DNA of 64,000 bases, taken from the NCBI GenBank assembly GCA_010093815.1, contig ML996574.1; one strand, given 5' to 3'. The translations under genes and the position numbers were made by a program. Positions within the stretch are counted from its first letter, which is position 1. Each line of letters opens with the position of its first letter. The stretch is from Pseudovirgaria hyperparasitica (lineage: Eukaryota). Below are positions 63,183 to 64,000 of the stretch, in pieces. Below the pieces are notes generated by a model. That model saw nothing but the letters and a program-made list of their open reading frames with translations, had not been told where the DNA came from and searched no databases.

Positions 63183-64000
63183 ATGACCACCGGAAACTTC
63201 GAATTGCTCTGCTTGGAGAACCCTCTCCTGGATATCCAGGGTGTTGGGTATGTAACGACTATCTACTGATCTGCTGAGCACTATGCTGATGCCACACCAG
63301 GGATGAAGAGATGCTCAAGAAATACGACCTCAAGGCAAACGATGCTATTCTTGCCGAAGAGAAGCACATGGGTCTATATGAGGACCTGATCCAGAACCGC
63401 AATGCGAAGCTCATCCCCGGTGGTGCCGCGCAGAACACGGCTCGTGGTGCAGCAGTAAGTTTTTGACCCTCGAACACCGATCCGAGCCCGACTGATCGTG
63501 GCTCTCAGTACATCCTCCCCAAGGACTCCGTCGTATACATCGGATGTGTAGGCAAGGACAAGTACGCAGAGATTCTCGAGAAGGCCTCGTCAGAGCAAGG
63601 CGTCAAGACAGCATACCGCTACGACGAGACCACCCCGACCGGCCGCTGTGGCGTCGTCATCACCGGCCACGACCGCTCCATGTGCACCGATCTCGCCGCC
63701 GCAAACCTCTACAAACTCGACCACCTCAAGAGCCCCGAGATCTGGCCGCTCGTCGAGCAGGCCAAGTTCTACTTCGTCGGCGGCTACCACTTGACCGTCT
63801 GCGTGCCCGCAATCATGGCCCTCGCAGAGGAAGCAGAGGCCAAGAACAAGCCCTTCACCCTCTCTCTCTCCGCCCCCTTCATCCCGCAGTTCTTCAAGGA
63901 CCCGCTCGACCAGGTCCTCCCGTACTGCGACTACATCATCGGCAACGAAACCGAAGCCGCCGCCTACGCCGAGTCGCACGGCCTCGACGCAAAGGACATC
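63183..64000 (+). CDS. ADO1: Adenosine kinase, 5' part; gene runs off the right edge
   Basis: LLCLENPLLDI, KYDLKANDAILAE, GGAAQNTARGAQ, PTGRCGV.ITG.DRSMCTDL.AAN, SLSAPFI, GNETEA; two introns. Confidence 0.95.

Overview
Intron-containing fungal nuclear DNA from a filamentous ascomycete (probably a plant-associated Dothideomycete; this is inference). Conserved genes: SFK1-like (partial), an IRC20/SHPRH-like SNF2-RING protein, palF/RIM8, GCD1, a DAL5-family MFS transporter, ARL3, two C2H2 proteins, CE12/PL3/GH12 CAZymes, a DUF3431 protein, a class II hydrophobin, tRNA-Thr(UGU), ATG27, an EST1/SMG7-like gene and ADO1 (partial). Between palF and GCD1 lies a roughly 17-kb accessory island (about 12.2-29 kb) with AT-rich, RIP-like patches. 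It holds (i) a spliced GIY-YIG-type nuclease gene that the ORF track misses, present as four fragments in the window; (ii) a Upf1/NAM7-like SF1 helicase pseudogene whose halves lie on opposite strands and rejoin if a 5.9-kb segment bounded by an AGATT microhomology is re-inverted; (iii) three intact small kinases; (iv) a 400-aa orphan ORF; (v) solo-LTR relics; (vi) two 28-bp palindromes with 11-6-11 architecture. A second small repeat cluster (53-bp repeat relic, Helitron-like element, a fourth nuclease fragment) surrounds the tRNA at about 49.5-50.7 kb. All family assignments are by eye from motifs; no searches were run.
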